From an uncultured delta proteobacterium (GTDB lineage: Bacteria > Myxococcota_A > Polyangia > Polyangiales > B10-G4), in assembly GCA_963727445.1 (NCBI GenBank), contig CAVSGI010000006.1:730617-794616 (forward strand): a stretch of 64,000 bases of DNA. Reading direction: 5' to 3'. Numbering within the stretch: the stretch's first letter is position 1; every line of letters starts with the position of its first letter. The translations under genes and the position numbers were made by a program. Below are positions 61,893 through 64,000 of this stretch, piece after piece. Below the pieces are notes generated by a model. That model ran no database searches, was not told where the DNA came from, and worked only from the letters and a program-made list of their open reading frames with translations.

Positions 61893-62929
61893 GTGAAACG
61901 CGCATTGATCACGGGGATTACGGGACAGGACGGGTCGTATTTGGCCGAGCTTCTGCTCTCGAAGGGATACGAAGTTCATGGCGTGATCCGCCGTGCGTCG
62001 ACCTTCAACACCGACCGCATCGATCACCTCTATCAGGATCCGCACGAAAGCGGCGCTCATCTGTACCTCCACCACGGCGACATGACGGATGTACCGGGCT
62101 GAGGCGCATCATCGAGGAGGTGGAGCCGGTCGAGGTCTACAATCTCGCGGCGCAGAGCCACGTTCGCGTCTCCTTCGACCAGCCCGAATACACGGCCGAC
62201 GTCGACGCGATGGGAGCGCTCCGATTGCTGGAGGCCGTTCGAGACGCCGCGGGAGGCGGGGTCCGAATCTATCAGGCGAGCACATCGGAGATGTTCGGCG
62301 CTTCACCACCGCCGCAAAACGAAGAGACGCCCTTCTACCCGCGTAGCCCATACGCCGTCAGCAAGGTTGCCGCGTATTGGTATGGGGTGAACTACCGCGA
62401 AGCCTACGACCTCTTCGTCGTCAATGGGATCCTCTTCAATCATGAGTCGCCGCGCCGCGGCGAGACTTTCGTCACTCGGAAGATTACGCGCGCGGTGGGG
62501 CGCATCAAACACGGGCTACAGGAGAAGCTATACCTGGGTAACCTGGATGCGCGACGCGACTGGGGATTTGCGGGGGACTACGTCGAGGCCATGTGGCTCT
62601 CCCTGCAGGCCGAGGAGCCCGACGACTACGTGGTGGCGACCGGCGAGTCGCATAGCGTCGCAGAGTTCGTGGAGCGGGCGTTCGCGCGAGCAGACCTCGA
62701 CTACCGACAGTACATCGAAACGGATCCGCGCTACTTCCGTCCAACCGAAGTGGACCACCTCGAGGGTGATGCGACCAAGGCCAGGACGAATCTGGGGTGG
62801 AAGCCGACGGTGGACCTGACCCAGTTGGTGGGCATGATGGTGGACGCGGATCTCCAACTCGCCGACCGAGAGCGCATCCTGCGAGACGCCGGCCACACAG
62901 GCGCCCTCCCGCGCGGTCGCGCGATGTGA
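61893..62929 (+). CDS. gmd: GDP-mannose 4,6-dehydratase, one frameshift near 62090
   Basis: [52 protein letters not shown]. Confidence 0.95.
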
Positions 62930-62932
62930 TTC

Positions 62933-63865
62933 ATGGAAGCCGTAGACAAGATCTTCGTCGCAGGACATCGCGGGCTGGTCGGAAGCGCCCTCGTTCGGGC
63001 TCTCAAAGCCGACGGGTTCGACAATCTAGTGGTGAGGAGCCGCGAGGAGCTGAACCTCTGTGACCGGGCGCAGGTCGACGAGTTCTTCGCAGAGGAGCGC
63101 CCCGCATACGTTTTCCTAGCGGCAGCCAAGGTCGGGGGGATCGCTGCCAACGACACGTATCCCGCCGACTTCATCCGGGACAACCTCCAGATCGAGGTCA
63201 ACGTCATCGATGCAGCATATCGAGCCGGGGTCACCAAGCTCGCGTTTCTGGGTTCGTCCTGCATCTATCCGCGACAGTGCCCTCAGCCGATCAAGGAGGA
63301 GTACCTCCTCACGGGCAGCCTCGAACCAACCAACGAGTGGTACGCCGTAGCCAAGATCGCGGGCATCAAGCTCTGCCAGGCGTATCGTCGCCAGTACGGC
63401 TTCCGAGCGATATCCGTGATGCCGACCAACCTCTACGGCCCCGGGGACAACTTCAATCTCGAGAGCTCACACGTGCTTCCCGCCCTCCTTCGTAAGTTCC
63501 ACGAGGCGCGTGTAGCTGAAGCGACGTCGGTCGAAATCTGGGGGACGGGTACCCCGCGGCGCGAGTTTTTGCACGTGGACGACCTCGCACGCGCCACCAT
63601 CTTTCTGATGCAGACGTACGACGAGCCCGGCATCATCAACGTGGGTAGCGGCGAAGAAGTGTCCATCCGAGAACTGGCTGAGCTCGTCCGCGAAACCGTG
63701 GGATTCCGTGGAGAGCTCGCCTTCGACACGAGTCGTCCCGATGGGACTCCTCGAAAGTTGCTCGACGTCTCGAGGCTTGTAGCGCTGGGCTGGAAACCCG
63801 CGATCCCGCTCGCGGCCGGGCTCCGCAGCACCTACGACTGGTACCTCAGCCAAGCGAAGGATTGA
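62933..63865 (+). CDS. fcl: GDP-L-fucose synthase
   Basis: [57 protein letters not shown]. Confidence 0.95.
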   Translation: MEAVDKIFVAGHRGLVGSALVRALKADGFDNLVVRSREELNLCDRAQVDEFFAEERPAYVFLAAAKVGGIAANDTYPADFIRDNLQIEVNVIDAAYRAGVTKLAFLGSSCIYPRQCPQPIKEEYLLTGSLEPTNEWYAVAKIAGIKLCQAYRRQYGFRAISVMPTNLYGPGDNFNLESSHVLPALLRKFHEARVAEATSVEIWGTGTPRREFLHVDDLARATIFLMQTYDEPGIINVGSGEEVSIRELAELVRETVGFRGELAFDTSRPDGTPRKLLDVSRLVALGWKPAIPLAAGLRSTYDWYLSQAKD

Positions 63866-64000
63866 CCGCTCGCTCGGACCCTCGGAACACGGGCATGGTC
63901 GCGGCGCCCTCTGCCGTGATCCCGTCTCGCTTCAGCACTTGCTGCACGGTCCGAAGGAGGATTGAGCAATACGTAACTCTGGTCGAGCAAGTCAACATAG

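Noticed and set aside
13438..62929. Programmed frameshifting or phase variation as the cause of split genes
   Set aside because: The indels are scattered, mostly outside long homopolymers or slippery sites, and affect ordinary enzymes. Sequencing error is the simpler explanation.

Overview
High-GC chromosomal segment, most consistent with a myxobacterium (Myxococcota, probably Polyangiales; inferred from Glt/Agl-like genes, sigma54 activators and a Wzp/short-OPX export pair). Region 1-20 kb holds housekeeping and regulatory genes: a DUF4340 protein, an Imm5-like protein, a lipoprotein, a HEAT-repeat protein, a group-2-like sigma70 factor, dacB, an ABC substrate-binding protein, sodB, an HD hydrolase, two NtrC-family regulators, MshEN and STAS proteins, and lysC. 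Region 20-34 kb has an ECF sigma/zinc anti-sigma pair divergent from a Glt/Nfs-like trans-envelope operon: three TPR proteins, two GltF-like proteins, a degenerate TolQ/AglR-like subunit and a GltG-like TonB-type protein. Region 34-64 kb is a lower-GC, mosaic Wzx/Wzy surface-polysaccharide locus. It encodes a CDP-sugar C-methylation pathway, a sulfotransferase, a beta-barrel plus short OPX exporter, nonulosonic-acid genes, an amidotransferase, a heparinase II/III-like protein and GDP-fucose genes. The best candidate for a new system is the direct physical coupling of the Glt-like machine to the complete polysaccharide locus. Many genes carry frameshifts, mostly single-base insertions that look like long-read consensus errors, so their boundaries are approximate. 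No rRNA, tRNA, CRISPR array or transposase was recognised. All calls come from manual motif reading, with no database searches.
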